Assembly: GCA_963666835.2 (NCBI GenBank)
Contig: CAXXGO010000003.1
Location: forward strand, 1 to 64,000
Source: Phycisphaerae bacterium
Lineage (GTDB): Bacteria; Planctomycetota; Phycisphaerae; UBA1845
Reading direction: 5' to 3'
DNA length: 64,000 nucleotides
The notes under the pieces were generated by a model. The model searched no databases and was not told the DNA's origin. It saw nothing but the letters and a program-made list of their open reading frames with translations. The first letter of the stretch is position 1; the number at the start of each line of letters is the position of its first letter. Positions 39,476 through 49,983 of the stretch are shown here, piece after piece. The position numbers and the translations under genes were made by a program.

Positions 39476-41275
39476 TCAATCCTCGGGGTCCAAGACCGAC
39501 ATGAACGCCTTCTGCGGGATCGCGACGTTGCCGACCATTTTCATCCGTTTCTTGCCTTCCTTCTGTTTCTCCAGCAGCTTCCGCTTCCGAGTGATGTCTC
39601 CGCCATAGCACTTGGCGGTAACGTCCTTTCGAAACGCTCTGATGGTCTCGCGCGCGATGACCTTGGCTCCTACGGCAGCTTGGAGTGGCACCTCGAACAT
39701 CTGTCGGCCGATCTCGCGTTTCAGACGCGTAATCAGCCGGCGGCCGCGCCTTTGGGCCTTGTCGCGGTGGACGATGACCGACAGCGCGTCGACCGGGATT
39801 CCGTTCACCAGAATGTCCATTCTGACCAGGTCGCCCGCCTCGTAGCCCACCAGCTCGTAGTCCGCGGTTCCGTAGCCCCGAGTGCAGGTCTTCAGTTTGT
39901 CGTAGAAGTCGTAGATGATCTCGCAAAGGGGCAGACGGTAGCACAGTAACACGCGCGTTGGCGAGAGATAATCGGTCTTACGGTGCTTGCCCAGCCTATC
40001 CATGCTGAGCTGCATGACCGCGCCGATTGTATCCGCGGGAATGATCATGTGGGCATCGACCAGGGGCTCGCGGATTTCCGCGACCTCGCTCATGTCCGGC
40101 AAGTCGCTGGGCGACTCGATACGTACGGCTCGACCGTCCTTAAACAACACCTCATACGTGACGGTCGGGGCCGTCTGGACCACCGCGACGTCGTTTTCAC
40201 GCTCCAACCGTTCCTGGATGATGCGCATGTGCAGCAGGCCGAGGAAACCACACCGGAACCCGATCCCCAGAGCATCGGAGGAGGCCGTCGCATAGGTGAA
40301 CGAGCTGTCCGTGAGCCAGAGTCTCTCCATGGCCTCGCGGAGTTGCTCCGTGGATGTTCCGACGGCAGGATAGAAGTCGCAATAGACCATCTGCTGGGGA
40401 GCCTGATAGCCGGGGAACCGCCGATCGGTGGGCTTATCCGTGTGGGTCACGGTGTCCCCAATGCTGACATCCGCCAGGGTCTTTATCCCGGCCACGAAGT
40501 AGCCGACCTCTCCTGACGATAACGATTCGACCGGCGTGGGTTTCGGGGTGTACTTGCCCACCTCGGTAACCAGGTATTTGCGGCCGACTGCCAACAACTC
40601 GATTTGGTCTCCACGCTTGAAGCTGCCGTCGACGACTCGGGTGTGCGAGATTACCCCGCGATGGACGTCCGGTTTAGCGTCGTAGATCAACGCTCGCAGG
40701 CGGCCTGTAGGGTCGCCCTTCGGTGGGGGGATCCTCTTGACGATCGCCTGCAGCAGTTCGTCGATTCCGGCTCCGGTCTTGGCGCTGGTGAAGATAGCCT
40801 CAGACGCATCGAGGCCGAGGACCTGCTCCGTCTCCAGGGCGATGTCCTCCGGGCTGGCGGCCGGGAGGTCGATCTTGTTGATTACCAGGATGATCTCCAA
40901 GTCGGCCTCGATTGCGAGGTAGGCGTTGGCCACGGTTTGCGCCTGTACACCCTGCGTAGCATCGACGAGAATAAGCACACCTTCGCAGGCTGCCAGGGCC
41001 CTCGACACCTCGTAATGGAAGTCCACGTGTCCCGGCGTGTCGATGAGGTTCAGCATGTAAGTTTGACCGTCGAGCGTGTACGACACTGTCGCTCGGTTGG
41101 CCTTTATGGTGATGCCCATCTCTCGTTCGAGATCCATGTCGTCGAGAAACTGCTCGCGCATCTCCCGTTTTGTGAGGGCTCCGGTGTGCTCGAGGATCCG
41201 ATCGGCCAGGGTGCTCTTACCGTGGTCGATATGGGCAACGATGCTGAAATTGCGGATCGTGCGAAGGTCTGCCAT
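39476..41275 (-). CDS. lepA: Elongation factor 4
   Basis: IRNFSIVAHIDHGKSTLADR, DTPGHVDF, GFRCGFLGLLH and AKCYGGDITRKRKLLEKQKEGKKRMK. Confidence 0.98.
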   Translation of the reverse strand: MADLRTIRNFSIVAHIDHGKSTLADRILEHTGALTKREMREQFLDDMDLEREMGITIKANRATVSYTLDGQTYMLNLIDTPGHVDFHYEVSRALAACEGVLILVDATQGVQAQTVANAYLAIEADLEIILVINKIDLPAASPEDIALETEQVLGLDASEAIFTSAKTGAGIDELLQAIVKRIPPPKGDPTGRLRALIYDAKPDVHRGVISHTRVVDGSFKRGDQIELLAVGRKYLVTEVGKYTPKPTPVESLSSGEVGYFVAGIKTLADVSIGDTVTHTDKPTDRRFPGYQAPQQMVYCDFYPAVGTSTEQLREAMERLWLTDSSFTYATASSDALGIGFRCGFLGLLHMRIIQERLERENDVAVVQTAPTVTYEVLFKDGRAVRIESPSDLPDMSEVAEIREPLVDAHMIIPADTIGAVMQLSMDRLGKHRKTDYLSPTRVLLCYRLPLCEIIYDFYDKLKTCTRGYGTADYELVGYEAGDLVRMDILVNGIPVDALSVIVHRDKAQRRGRRLITRLKREIGRQMFEVPLQAAVGAKVIARETIRAFRKDVTAKCYGGDITRKRKLLEKQKEGKKRMKMVGNVAIPQKAFMSVLDPED

Positions 41276-41491
41276 GTCCGGCCTTGTCTGCGTCCTGTCG
41301 GGTGTCTAAAGCGCTGCGCCGACGGTTTGCCCGATCAGACGGCGGTGCGCCCTCACGCGGGGGCGTGGCTGCCGTCTCTGTCCGTACTCCACGTATCGTC
41401 GGAGCCCGGTAGTATAGCTGAGCGCGGCGGCGGAGGGAATGCGGTTGCCGGGAACGCCTTCTGCGGTTTCAATACCAAAGGAGATCCTGTG

Positions 41492-42748
41492 ATGAACGAC
41501 AAGGAATACACGCTCGATCGAGTGGTACGGGTCCTGATTACCGCGGCGGGGGCCGTTGCCGTCCTGTTCCTGGTCCGCTACCTGTCAGATGTGCTGCTCC
41601 CATTCGCGGCGGCGATCATACTTGCCTACTTGCTCAACCCGCTTGTGGCTGTGTTCGAGAAGAAGACCGGTCATCGAGCCCTTGCGGTCGGAATGACGAT
41701 TGCCGGCTTGGGTCTCGCGGTGGCGGCGATTACCGTTACCGTTGTGCCGTTAATGGTCGGGCAGGCCCATCGGTTCCGGGACAGCCTGGAGAATCTGCGC
41801 GAGGATCTGACCGTATCCGCCGAGACGGATTCCGCGGCGTCGCCGGTCCCGGTTGGAGCAGTCGAAGCCGAGCCCGCGGAGAGATCGGCCTCGGGCTGGC
41901 GAGAGCTATCGGACGGATGGAAGCAGTACCGGGCGGATGCCGATCAGGTGCCTCGGAGAGAGCGAGTCCGGCGTCTGCGGGAGTCCGTTGAAGGAACGGT
42001 TGCGGGGAAGCTGATCGATCAGGCTGTTGACTATACGCGGTCGGAGGAGTTCAAAGCGTTGTTGGTTGACGCAGCCAAGCGCTTGGCGATGGGTGGCTGG
42101 ACCGTTCTGTCGTTCTTGCTTAATGTGATTCTGGGCTTGACCGGTCTGCTCGTAGTGCTTCTCTACCTGGTGTTTCTGTTGCTGGATTTCCCCGAGTATG
42201 CGCGGACCTGGCAGGCGTTTCTTCCGCCACGATACCGTGGCGCGATTGTCGATTTCCTCGAACAGTTCAGTCTGGCGATGCGGAGGTACTTCCGGGGACA
42301 GGCCATTGTGGCTCTGGCGATGGGGCTGCTGTTTGCGGTGGGCTTCTCGATTATCGGGTTGCCGATGGCGGTACCGCTGGGTTTGTTCATCGGCCTTCTG
42401 AACATGGTGCCGTATCTCCAGATCGTCGGTTTGGTGCCGGCGATCATGCTGTCCGGGCTTCGTGCCTTGGAGCACGACACCGGTTTGCTCGCCTCGATCG
42501 GGTTGACCTTGCTGGTATTCGGCGTCGCCCAGCTAATCCAGGATGCGGTTATCACACCCCGGGTAATGGGCAAGGCAACGGGCTTGAGGCCGGTTGCGAT
42601 TCTCCTGGGCGTGTTTGTCTGGGGCAAGCTGCTGGGCTTCCTTGGGTTACTTGTTGCCATTCCGCTGACCTGTCTGGGGATTGCCTACTATCGCCGCTAC
42701 ATCTTGCTAATCGGGCCGCAGAGCACTAAACTGCCTGCCGGCGAGTAA
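41492..42748 (+). CDS. AI-2E family transporter
   Basis: LAYLLNPLV, RYFRGQ, LNMVPYL, ITPRVMGKATGLRP and GFLGLLVAIP; GGAG RBS before the ATG at 41492. Confidence 0.9.
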   Translation: MNDKEYTLDRVVRVLITAAGAVAVLFLVRYLSDVLLPFAAAIILAYLLNPLVAVFEKKTGHRALAVGMTIAGLGLAVAAITVTVVPLMVGQAHRFRDSLENLREDLTVSAETDSAASPVPVGAVEAEPAERSASGWRELSDGWKQYRADADQVPRRERVRRLRESVEGTVAGKLIDQAVDYTRSEEFKALLVDAAKRLAMGGWTVLSFLLNVILGLTGLLVVLLYLVFLLLDFPEYARTWQAFLPPRYRGAIVDFLEQFSLAMRRYFRGQAIVALAMGLLFAVGFSIIGLPMAVPLGLFIGLLNMVPYLQIVGLVPAIMLSGLRALEHDTGLLASIGLTLLVFGVAQLIQDAVITPRVMGKATGLRPVAILLGVFVWGKLLGFLGLLVAIPLTCLGIAYYRRYILLIGPQSTKLPAGE

Positions 42749-42870
42749 ACTGCCGGGACAGCGAGCTTTCGTAGCGGATTCTGCGTCATCCCGTCAGCCG
42801 AAGTCTCTGAAGGTTAGGGGACTAATCGGACGCTTAGTCGACGTTGATCCCGCGTTGGGGAGCGCATGCG

Positions 42871-43410
42871 ATGACCCGTGACGAAGCTGGAATCTGGGTG
42901 ACTGACCCGGAGGCTTATCGCAGGAAGCTGGCGGATTTGCTGGGCGAGCGCGATCCGCTCGATGTGCTGTCCGAAACACCGAATCGCTTGGCCCGCACCG
43001 TGAACACTACCCCGGCAGATGTGATGCGCCGCCGGCCTTTCCCCGGCAAATGGACGCCCAACGAGATTATCGGGCATTTGTCGGACAGCGAGTGGGTGTA
43101 CGGCTTCCGGGTCCGGCAGATCCTGTGCGAGGAAGAGGCGGCGATTCTCGCCATGGATCAGGATCGCTGGGTCGCGGTCCAGAACCACAACGATCGTGAG
43201 CCCTCAGAACTACTGGAGATGTTCTCCGGGCTTCGCCTATTCAACCTGGGCATCTGGCGGAGGATCGAGCCGTCGGATCTTCGGCGTTCGGGGCGGCACG
43301 ATCAGCGCGGTCCCGAATCCCTCGACGTTATGCTCCGAATGTGCGCCGGGCACGATCTCTCCCACCTGGACCAATTAGACCGTTATTTGAGGGCCATCAG
43401 CGAAAGCTGA
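42871..43410 (+). CDS. DinB/YfiT-like four-helix-bundle protein
   Basis: PGKWTPNEIIGHL and HDLSHLDQL His-triad pattern. Confidence 0.85.
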   Translation: MTRDEAGIWVTDPEAYRRKLADLLGERDPLDVLSETPNRLARTVNTTPADVMRRRPFPGKWTPNEIIGHLSDSEWVYGFRVRQILCEEEAAILAMDQDRWVAVQNHNDREPSELLEMFSGLRLFNLGIWRRIEPSDLRRSGRHDQRGPESLDVMLRMCAGHDLSHLDQLDRYLRAISES

Positions 43411-43734
43411 TGACTTGTGCGGGATGTACTCCGCTGGGCAGGCCGGCTTGGGAGAAGCCGCTGATGGGCATTCCTCCCTTTGGGAACGCGGGGCGGGCTC
43501 CGAGCAGGATTCCTCCTTCGGTGCCAATAAACGTCTGCGGCGGCGTGCTTCTTGTGTTGTTTGCGGCGGTGTTGTCCCGCTCGGCATTTCTCGGACGTGC
43601 TCCGGAAGAAGCGTTATCCCGAAGCCGCCTTAAACGTCGCCAAGCCAATCCGCCGATGTGGAATCGGAGCATCTGCCGAAACGCGTACTCCGGCATGCGA
43701 GGGCTCCGTCTCCTCTTACTCTGGGCTTTCGGGC

Positions 43735-44220
43735 TTGTCGAAGCTGGTCACCGTCGACATTGCGGATATGCAGGTCTCCGCCGATCCGGAGGTCGAGCTG
43801 ATCACGCACTCGCTGGGAAGCTGCATCGGACTGGCCATCTGGGATCCGGTGGTCCGGGTCGGCGGCATGCTGCACTATATGCTCTCTGACTCGAAGATCG
43901 CCCCTGAGCGGGCTCTGGTGACGCCTGCGATGTTTGCGGATACCGGAGTCCCGGCGTTGTTCCGAGCCTCCTACCGGCTCGGCGCCTCCAAGAAGCGGAT
44001 GATCGTCAAGGTGGCGGGGGGGGCGAAGCTGTTCAAAACCAACGATGCGATGGACGTGGGCAGACACAACTACGTCATGCTGCGGCGGATTCTCTGGCGA
44101 AATAAGATCTTCATCGACGGGGAGCACGTGAGAGACTGTATAAGCCGGACTATGCGGCTCAGCATCGGCACCGGATACGTTACCGTCGAGAACCGGAAAA
44201 TGGGGCGGATCGCGATCTGA
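43735..44220 (+). CDS. cheD: Chemoreceptor glutamine deamidase CheD
   Basis: SLGSCIG, GGMLHYML, MFADTG, KVAGGAKLF and VGRHN. Start is approximate (TTG). Confidence 0.9.
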   Translation: MSKLVTVDIADMQVSADPEVELITHSLGSCIGLAIWDPVVRVGGMLHYMLSDSKIAPERALVTPAMFADTGVPALFRASYRLGASKKRMIVKVAGGAKLFKTNDAMDVGRHNYVMLRRILWRNKIFIDGEHVRDCISRTMRLSIGTGYVTVENRKMGRIAI

Positions 44221-44365
44221 CGCCAGGACGCTACCGGTGCTTTCCTTCACATTGTCACGCTTGCCGTGTGGGCGTCGGGTCGCGACAATCTCCCGGTTGG
44301 CTGATGGGCTGGTTCGAGCCGGATCGCCATTCCCAATGAGAGGCTGTGCTGAGGAGGGAGCTGTC

Positions 44366-46204
44366 TTGAGGGGCAGTTATGACGTTGTTGTGATCGGAGG
44401 CGGGCACGCCGGGGCGGAGGCGGCCTGGATTGCCTCGGTTCTGGGCATGGATGTCTGCCTGGTCACAATGGCCCATCAGGCTATCGGGCGAATGTCGTGC
44501 AATCCCGCTATCGGCGGGCTCGGCAAAGGGCAGATCGTCCGGGAGATCGACGCGCTGGGCGGAATCATGGGGCTTGCCGCCGACCGGGCCGGTATCCAGT
44601 TTCGGATGCTCAACAGATCGAAGGGACCGGCCGTGTGGGCGCCCCGCGCGCAAGCCGATCGGCAGGCATACCCCCAAGCTCTTCAGGAACTTCTCGGTCG
44701 AGCGCGGTCTCTCGATGTAGTGGAGGGGGTTGTGGGGGAGATCCTCGTGCGAGCGAGCGCCGGGGCTTCCAACGCCAGAGCGCAGAGCGTCAAGGGAGTT
44801 GTGCTGGAGGACGGCCGCGGCATTCTGGCTAAAGCGATTGTATTGACCACAGGTACTTTCCTTCGAGGTATCACTCATTGCGGCTGCGAGCAGGTTGCGG
44901 CGGGACGTCTCGGCGAGCCGGCGGCCGATCGGCTCAGTGACTCTCTGCGGTCGCTGGGTTTCGAGCTGGGCCGACTCAAGACGGGGACTCCCCCGCGGGT
45001 GCATCGCGATACGGTCGACTATAATGCCTGCCAGGAGCAGCCTGGTGACGAGGTCCCGACACCATTCTCCATGATGACCAGTGCCATCTCCCAACCGCAG
45101 GTGTGCTGCTGGACCACGTGGACGAACGCCCGCGTACACGAGCAGATTCGGGCCAATCTGCATCGAGCCCCGTTGTATTCGGGGCAGATCGAGTCGGTCG
45201 GACCGCGCTATTGCCCTAGTATAGAGGACAAAATCGTACGCTTCGCCGACAAACCGAAGCATCAGATCTTTCTGGAACCCGAGGGGGCTGACGACGAGCG
45301 TCTGTACTGCAACGGGGTCGCGACGTCCCTGCCGCGGGATGTGCAAGACGCATTCGTTCGAGAAGTGCCCGGGCTGCGGCACGCGTCGATCCTCCAATAC
45401 GGGTATGCCATCGAGTATGACTGGGTGCCGACGCATCAGATTGACTCTTCTTTGGAGACCAAGCTGGTCGAAGGGCTGTTTCTGGCGGGACAGATCAATG
45501 GCACCAGCGGCTACGAAGAGGCCGCCGGTCAGGGGCTGATTGCGGGAATCAACGCCGTCCAGCGCCTTACCGCGCGCCCGCCGCTTATCCTCGGCCGCGA
45601 TGAGGCCTATATCGGGGTCATGATCGATGACCTCATCGCCCGCCCGCCCTGCGAGCCTTATCGAATGTTCACGTCGCGCGCGGAGTATCGGCTGCGCCTT
45701 CGTGCAGATAACGCCGATCAGCGGCTCACGCCTATCGGTCGCCGGCTCGGTACGGTAGATGACGCGCGCTGGGACCTGCTGCAGCGCAAACTCAAGGCCT
45801 TGGCGCACATCGGACGGGTTTGCGACAAAGGGAACATTGACGGGGTCCCGTTGAAGACTTGGCTCCGGCGGCCGGAGGCTGACGTGAGGAGCCTGGCTGA
45901 CGCTCTACAAAGGGCGAATGGGCGCGCTTCATTTGGCAACAGTGAGCTGGAACAGGCCTTGATCGAGGCGAAGTACCAAGGCTACGTGTCGCGACAGGAT
46001 CGCCAAATTGAGCGCTTCCGGAAGACCGAATCGCTGACCATCCCCCCTGGCGTCGACTATCGCAAGCTCGGCGGCCTGCGTCTGGAGGCCCGCGAGCGGC
46101 TGAGTCTGCTGACTCCGAGGACGTTGGGGCAGGCGTCTCGGATTAGTGGTGTTACTCCAGCGGACATTAGTGTGCTAGCAGTGCATCTTTCCGCAGGTAG
46201 TTGA
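44366..46204 (+). CDS. mnmG: tRNA uridine 5-carboxymethylaminomethyl modification enzyme MnmG (GidA)
   Basis: VIGGGHAG, MSCNPAIGG, GPRYCPSIEDK, AGQINGTSGYEEAA and YRMFTSRAEYRL. Confidence 0.97.
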   Translation: MRGSYDVVVIGGGHAGAEAAWIASVLGMDVCLVTMAHQAIGRMSCNPAIGGLGKGQIVREIDALGGIMGLAADRAGIQFRMLNRSKGPAVWAPRAQADRQAYPQALQELLGRARSLDVVEGVVGEILVRASAGASNARAQSVKGVVLEDGRGILAKAIVLTTGTFLRGITHCGCEQVAAGRLGEPAADRLSDSLRSLGFELGRLKTGTPPRVHRDTVDYNACQEQPGDEVPTPFSMMTSAISQPQVCCWTTWTNARVHEQIRANLHRAPLYSGQIESVGPRYCPSIEDKIVRFADKPKHQIFLEPEGADDERLYCNGVATSLPRDVQDAFVREVPGLRHASILQYGYAIEYDWVPTHQIDSSLETKLVEGLFLAGQINGTSGYEEAAGQGLIAGINAVQRLTARPPLILGRDEAYIGVMIDDLIARPPCEPYRMFTSRAEYRLRLRADNADQRLTPIGRRLGTVDDARWDLLQRKLKALAHIGRVCDKGNIDGVPLKTWLRRPEADVRSLADALQRANGRASFGNSELEQALIEAKYQGYVSRQDRQIERFRKTESLTIPPGVDYRKLGGLRLEARERLSLLTPRTLGQASRISGVTPADISVLAVHLSAGS

Positions 46205-46415
46205 CGCATGTTCCGGGATCCTAGAGTCCTTGGGTCCTAAAATAGCCTACCGCTCTGGCAAGAAATCCGCATCCGGAGTACTAATATCGCCAAAACAACG
46301 CATCTTTCCCGTTGACCGAGCCGACGACCGAAGGTATCGTATAGGAAATATGGGGTAGATAGACAATGTAAGCGGCGAGGGTGATGGCAAGGATTGCTGG
46401 AACAAAGGATTCATC

Positions 46416-46997
46416 ATGGTGGATGGACGAAACAAAGCCGTATACACGACCGGCGAAGTCGCTCAGATCTGCAAAGTAAGCCAGCAGACCGTTATTCGCT
46501 GTTTTGACAGTGGTAGGTTGAAGGGGTTCCGGGTGCCCGGCTCCCGGTTCAGGCGGATACCGCGTGAATCACTGATTTCGTTCATGAAGACGAATCAGAT
46601 TCCTCTCAACCACCTCGACAGCGGTCGGAAGCGGGTGCTGGTGGTGGATGATGATGAGGCTATCGTCGAGATGTTCACGGACCTTCTCGAACGTGATGGT
46701 CGGTTTGAGGTGAAGACCGCGGCGTCAGGCTATGAGGCCGGCGTGATCACCGAACGCTTCCGGCCGGACATTATGCTGCTCGATTACAAGCTGCCCGACA
46801 TCAACGGGACGGCGGTGTGTCGGACGATTCGCGCAAATCCCAATTTCGAGCACATGCGGATTATCGCGATCAGCGGAGTTGCCGATCCGGACGAGATTGA
46901 CGAGTTGCGCGGCGCCGGCGCGGACGAGTTCATCCGCAAGCCGTTCGATATCAACGAGGTCATTGCCCGTATCGCGGATATGGTAGCTGTGGCGTAG
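46416..46997 (+). CDS. Response regulator with N-terminal excisionase-like (HTH_17) DNA-binding domain
   Basis: YTTGEVAQICKVSQQTVIRCFDSGRLKG..RRIPR followed by REC (VVDDD, LLD, KPF). Confidence 0.9.
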   Translation: MVDGRNKAVYTTGEVAQICKVSQQTVIRCFDSGRLKGFRVPGSRFRRIPRESLISFMKTNQIPLNHLDSGRKRVLVVDDDEAIVEMFTDLLERDGRFEVKTAASGYEAGVITERFRPDIMLLDYKLPDINGTAVCRTIRANPNFEHMRIIAISGVADPDEIDELRGAGADEFIRKPFDINEVIARIADMVAVA

Positions 46998-47030
46998 CAT
47001 CGCGGCCCTCGAGACCCACGCAGAGTCGGC

Positions 47031-49316
47031 ATGAGTACCAAGCCCGTGAGTATCGCAAGGTCGTCGGATGCGGAGCCGCCGCCGCGCCGCCGGGTCGAAG
47101 TCATCCTGGCTGAGTTGGAGCGGTTGCCGGCTTTGTCCGCGGTAGCGGTCGAGCTACTTTCGCTCACTACTTCCGAGGTTTCCTCCGCGCGCGATGTCGT
47201 TCGAGTCATCGAATCGGATGCGTCGTTGACCGCGACCGTTCTGAGGATGGCCCGCCGGTGCGACCTGGGAATATCCGGAAGGGTCACTCCGGTTGACAGG
47301 GTTGTGACGCTTCTCGGATTCAAGGCGGTTCGCAATGCGGCTCTGTCCGTCCACCTCTACGAGACCCTGGGGGCTTTGGAGGGCGAGGGCGGTGCCGAGT
47401 CGCTTCGCAAGGGCTTCTGGAAGCATAGCCTGGCCGTCGCTTGCGCAGCGGAGGCGCTGGCCGAACAGGGTCGTCACCGTGCGTCCAGTGGGCAGGCGTT
47501 CGTCTGCGGCCTGCTGCACGATCTGGGGAAGGCGGCGCTGGATGCATGTCTGCCCAAAAGCTACGCCCGCGTAGTCGAGCAAGTGGACCGCCGGCATCAG
47601 TGCATCTGCGACGTAGAGCGCGAGACCTTCGGGCTGGACCACACGGTGGCGGGCAGGCGCGTGGCCGAACGATGGCAGCTTCCTCGGGCCTTGGTAGATT
47701 GTATCTGGCTGCATCACCAGCCACCCGATGCGCTGCCTTCGTCCGTAGCGAACCCGGAGCTCGTGCAACTGGTGTTTGCCGCGGATAATCTCGTGCGCCG
47801 GCAGCGAATCGGATATTCGGGTTATTACCACATCACCGACCCGGAGGAATCGGCCGGGCTGCTCGGAGTCGATCCTAAAGCTCTTGAGGGAATCGCCGCG
47901 GAAATACCGGCGAGAATGGAACCGTACCTGGAACTGGTGGGGTTGGATGAGTCGACTGAGCGTACGTTGCACGCCGAGTCGCTCGTAAAAGCGAACCGAG
48001 AGCTGGGGCGGCTGAACGCGGAGCTGACCGAGTCCAATCGAAGCCTGGAGGTCCGGGGAGTTTGCTTCGAGGCTTTGAACTGTCTCACCGGAATGCTCAC
48101 GCCGCAAGATCGCGTAACCGACGTCTGCGTTGCCGCGGCTCAAGCTGTGCGGGAGATGGTGGGGGGCGCACCGGCTATCGCGTTTGCATGCGCCCCGTCG
48201 ACCGCAATCGTTGAAGTCGGCTTGGGTGGAGTTTCTTCCTCCGGTTCACGGGCCGTTGTGTTGGAACTGGGCGAGACGGAGGCGAACGAGCTGTTCGCCC
48301 TGTGTGGTTCCGGCGCGCCGGCAGATGGGATGGTTAACGCGCCTCCTACCTGTGGCGAGCTGTGGGGACGTTCGGCGGGGGCTTCGCCGACGGCGGCGAT
48401 TTGGATGTTGCCCTTTGCCGGTGCCGAAGGGACGCGCGGGGCCGTACTGCTGATGGCTGAGGAGGAATCGATCGCCCGGTTCCGATCTGCCCCGGAGGCT
48501 TGCGCTGCGTTGGCGACAGGTATTGCCCTGGCGATTGCGACGGCGCGAGCACGCGGAGAAGCGGAAAGGACCAGCGAAGAGCTGCTGGATCTCAACCGAC
48601 GTTTCCAGGCTGCGCAGAAGGAGCTGGTGCGGGCACGCTCGGTTTCGATGGTCTCGGAGATGGCGGCCGGGGCGGCTCACGAGATTAACAACCCGCTGGC
48701 GGTGATCTCCGGGCGTGCGCAGATGGCCATACCGGATTGCAGTAATGACGATCTGGCCAAAGCGCTTACAATTATTGTGGAGCAAGCTCATACTGCATCG
48801 CAGATTGTCACGGATCTGATGCACTTCGCAAAGCCGCCGGCTCCGAAATCGGTGCGTCAATCGGTGCGGACGGTTCTGGAAAAGCTGTGCCAGCATTGGT
48901 GCGCCAGTTCTTCGCTTCGCAGCGATCAAGTGACTCTGGAGCTTGCGGATCCGGAAGTTATGGTGTGCGCCGACCCCGAGCAGCTCTCGACGATCCTCGA
49001 GGCGGTGTTGGCCAACGCCGTGGAGGCATGTCGAACGGAAACCGCGCGTTTGCAGATTAACTCGCCGTCCCGAGTGTCCGATGAGACAGTCCGGATTGTC
49101 ATCGAGGACAACGGCGTCGGCATGAGCAGAGACGTGCTCGAGCATGCCGTCGACCCGTTCTTCTCGAGTCGCCCGGCCGGTCGTGGTCGGGGGATTGGAC
49201 TCTCGCGAGCGTACCGGCTCGCACAGATTAACGGCGGACACCTGTGGCTCGAATCGACGCAAGACAAAGGTACGATCGTGACGATCGAGCTACCGGCAAC
49301 CGCGTCTGCTTCCTGA
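47031..49316 (+). CDS. Cytoplasmic HDOD-domain sensor histidine kinase
   Basis: HDOD (LPALS, WKHSLAVA, GLLHDLGK) plus HEINNPL H-box, NAVEA, DNGVG and GRGIGL; no TM helices. Confidence 0.9.
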   Translation: MSTKPVSIARSSDAEPPPRRRVEVILAELERLPALSAVAVELLSLTTSEVSSARDVVRVIESDASLTATVLRMARRCDLGISGRVTPVDRVVTLLGFKAVRNAALSVHLYETLGALEGEGGAESLRKGFWKHSLAVACAAEALAEQGRHRASSGQAFVCGLLHDLGKAALDACLPKSYARVVEQVDRRHQCICDVERETFGLDHTVAGRRVAERWQLPRALVDCIWLHHQPPDALPSSVANPELVQLVFAADNLVRRQRIGYSGYYHITDPEESAGLLGVDPKALEGIAAEIPARMEPYLELVGLDESTERTLHAESLVKANRELGRLNAELTESNRSLEVRGVCFEALNCLTGMLTPQDRVTDVCVAAAQAVREMVGGAPAIAFACAPSTAIVEVGLGGVSSSGSRAVVLELGETEANELFALCGSGAPADGMVNAPPTCGELWGRSAGASPTAAIWMLPFAGAEGTRGAVLLMAEEESIARFRSAPEACAALATGIALAIATARARGEAERTSEELLDLNRRFQAAQKELVRARSVSMVSEMAAGAAHEINNPLAVISGRAQMAIPDCSNDDLAKALTIIVEQAHTASQIVTDLMHFAKPPAPKSVRQSVRTVLEKLCQHWCASSSLRSDQVTLELADPEVMVCADPEQLSTILEAVLANAVEACRTETARLQINSPSRVSDETVRIVIEDNGVGMSRDVLEHAVDPFFSSRPAGRGRGIGLSRAYRLAQINGGHLWLESTQDKGTIVTIELPATASAS

Positions 49317-49409
49317 CACCCTCCTCCCCACGCCTGGCTGACCTCTTATGCGCCGGTTCTATAGAGCGCGAATGCCCGGTTACGCCGCTGGGGCAGGCCG
49401 GATAGGTAG

Positions 49410-49961
49410 ATGGCTGAGCGCTCTCCCAAGATCCTGGTAGTTGAGCCGGATCCGGATGTTCTGGAACTGCTCGTGGCCGCGCTGGCGCGCCGGTTCGACG
49501 CCAACGTTACGTGCGTGGCCAATGCCGAAGGATGTTTGGACGTCGAGCTTGTCGAACCTCACGATATGGTGATCGCGGAGCTGAGTCTCGACGGCGAAGA
49601 CGGGTTGGTTTTGGCAGAGCAACTGGCGTCGCTGAATATGCGGCCGATCATCCTATTGGCCGACTGTCCTACCTGTGATGACGTGCTCACGGCAATGCGG
49701 CTGGGAGTACACGATGTTTTCCCCAAACCTTTCCCCGTGGCCGAGTTATTGGATACGGTAGATGTTGCGCTGCGCCGCTACCGTACCCAGCGGGCGCAGT
49801 CGGCGAAGTACCATCGGGTCCGAGAGCTGTTACGTCACGCTATTCGGGAGAGACGGGACCTCAACCGGCGGGTGGAGTTGATCTGTCGCGATCTGGTCGG
49901 GGCGCATCGGCGTCTTGTCCACCGCGTTCTGGATTTCGAAGAAGCTCAGAGAGAGCCGTAG
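49410..49961 (+). CDS. Atypical response regulator (REC plus coiled coil)
   Basis: REC fold with ILVVEPD, DMVIAE (Glu at the phospho-Asp position) and PKPF; helical C-terminus. Confidence 0.8.
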   Translation: MAERSPKILVVEPDPDVLELLVAALARRFDANVTCVANAEGCLDVELVEPHDMVIAELSLDGEDGLVLAEQLASLNMRPIILLADCPTCDDVLTAMRLGVHDVFPKPFPVAELLDTVDVALRRYRTQRAQSAKYHRVRELLRHAIRERRDLNRRVELICRDLVGAHRRLVHRVLDFEEAQREP

Positions 49962-49983
49962 GCTCCCCCGGATCGCGGTATTC

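Noticed and set aside
39343..39476. tRNA 3' end as a possible integration site
   Set aside because: No integrase and no duplicated tRNA 3' fragment were noticed in the window, and the flanks are housekeeping genes.
40604..41491. 714-aa ORF suggesting a long N-terminal extension on the AI-2E transporter
   Set aside because: The extension is the antisense shadow of lepA. A good RBS and ATG lie at 41492.
44255..45808. Long antisense ORFs (e.g. 517 aa opposite mnmG, 454 aa opposite the MCP and FG-GAP genes)
   Set aside because: Typical stop-poor shadow frames of high-GC coding sequence, with no family motifs.
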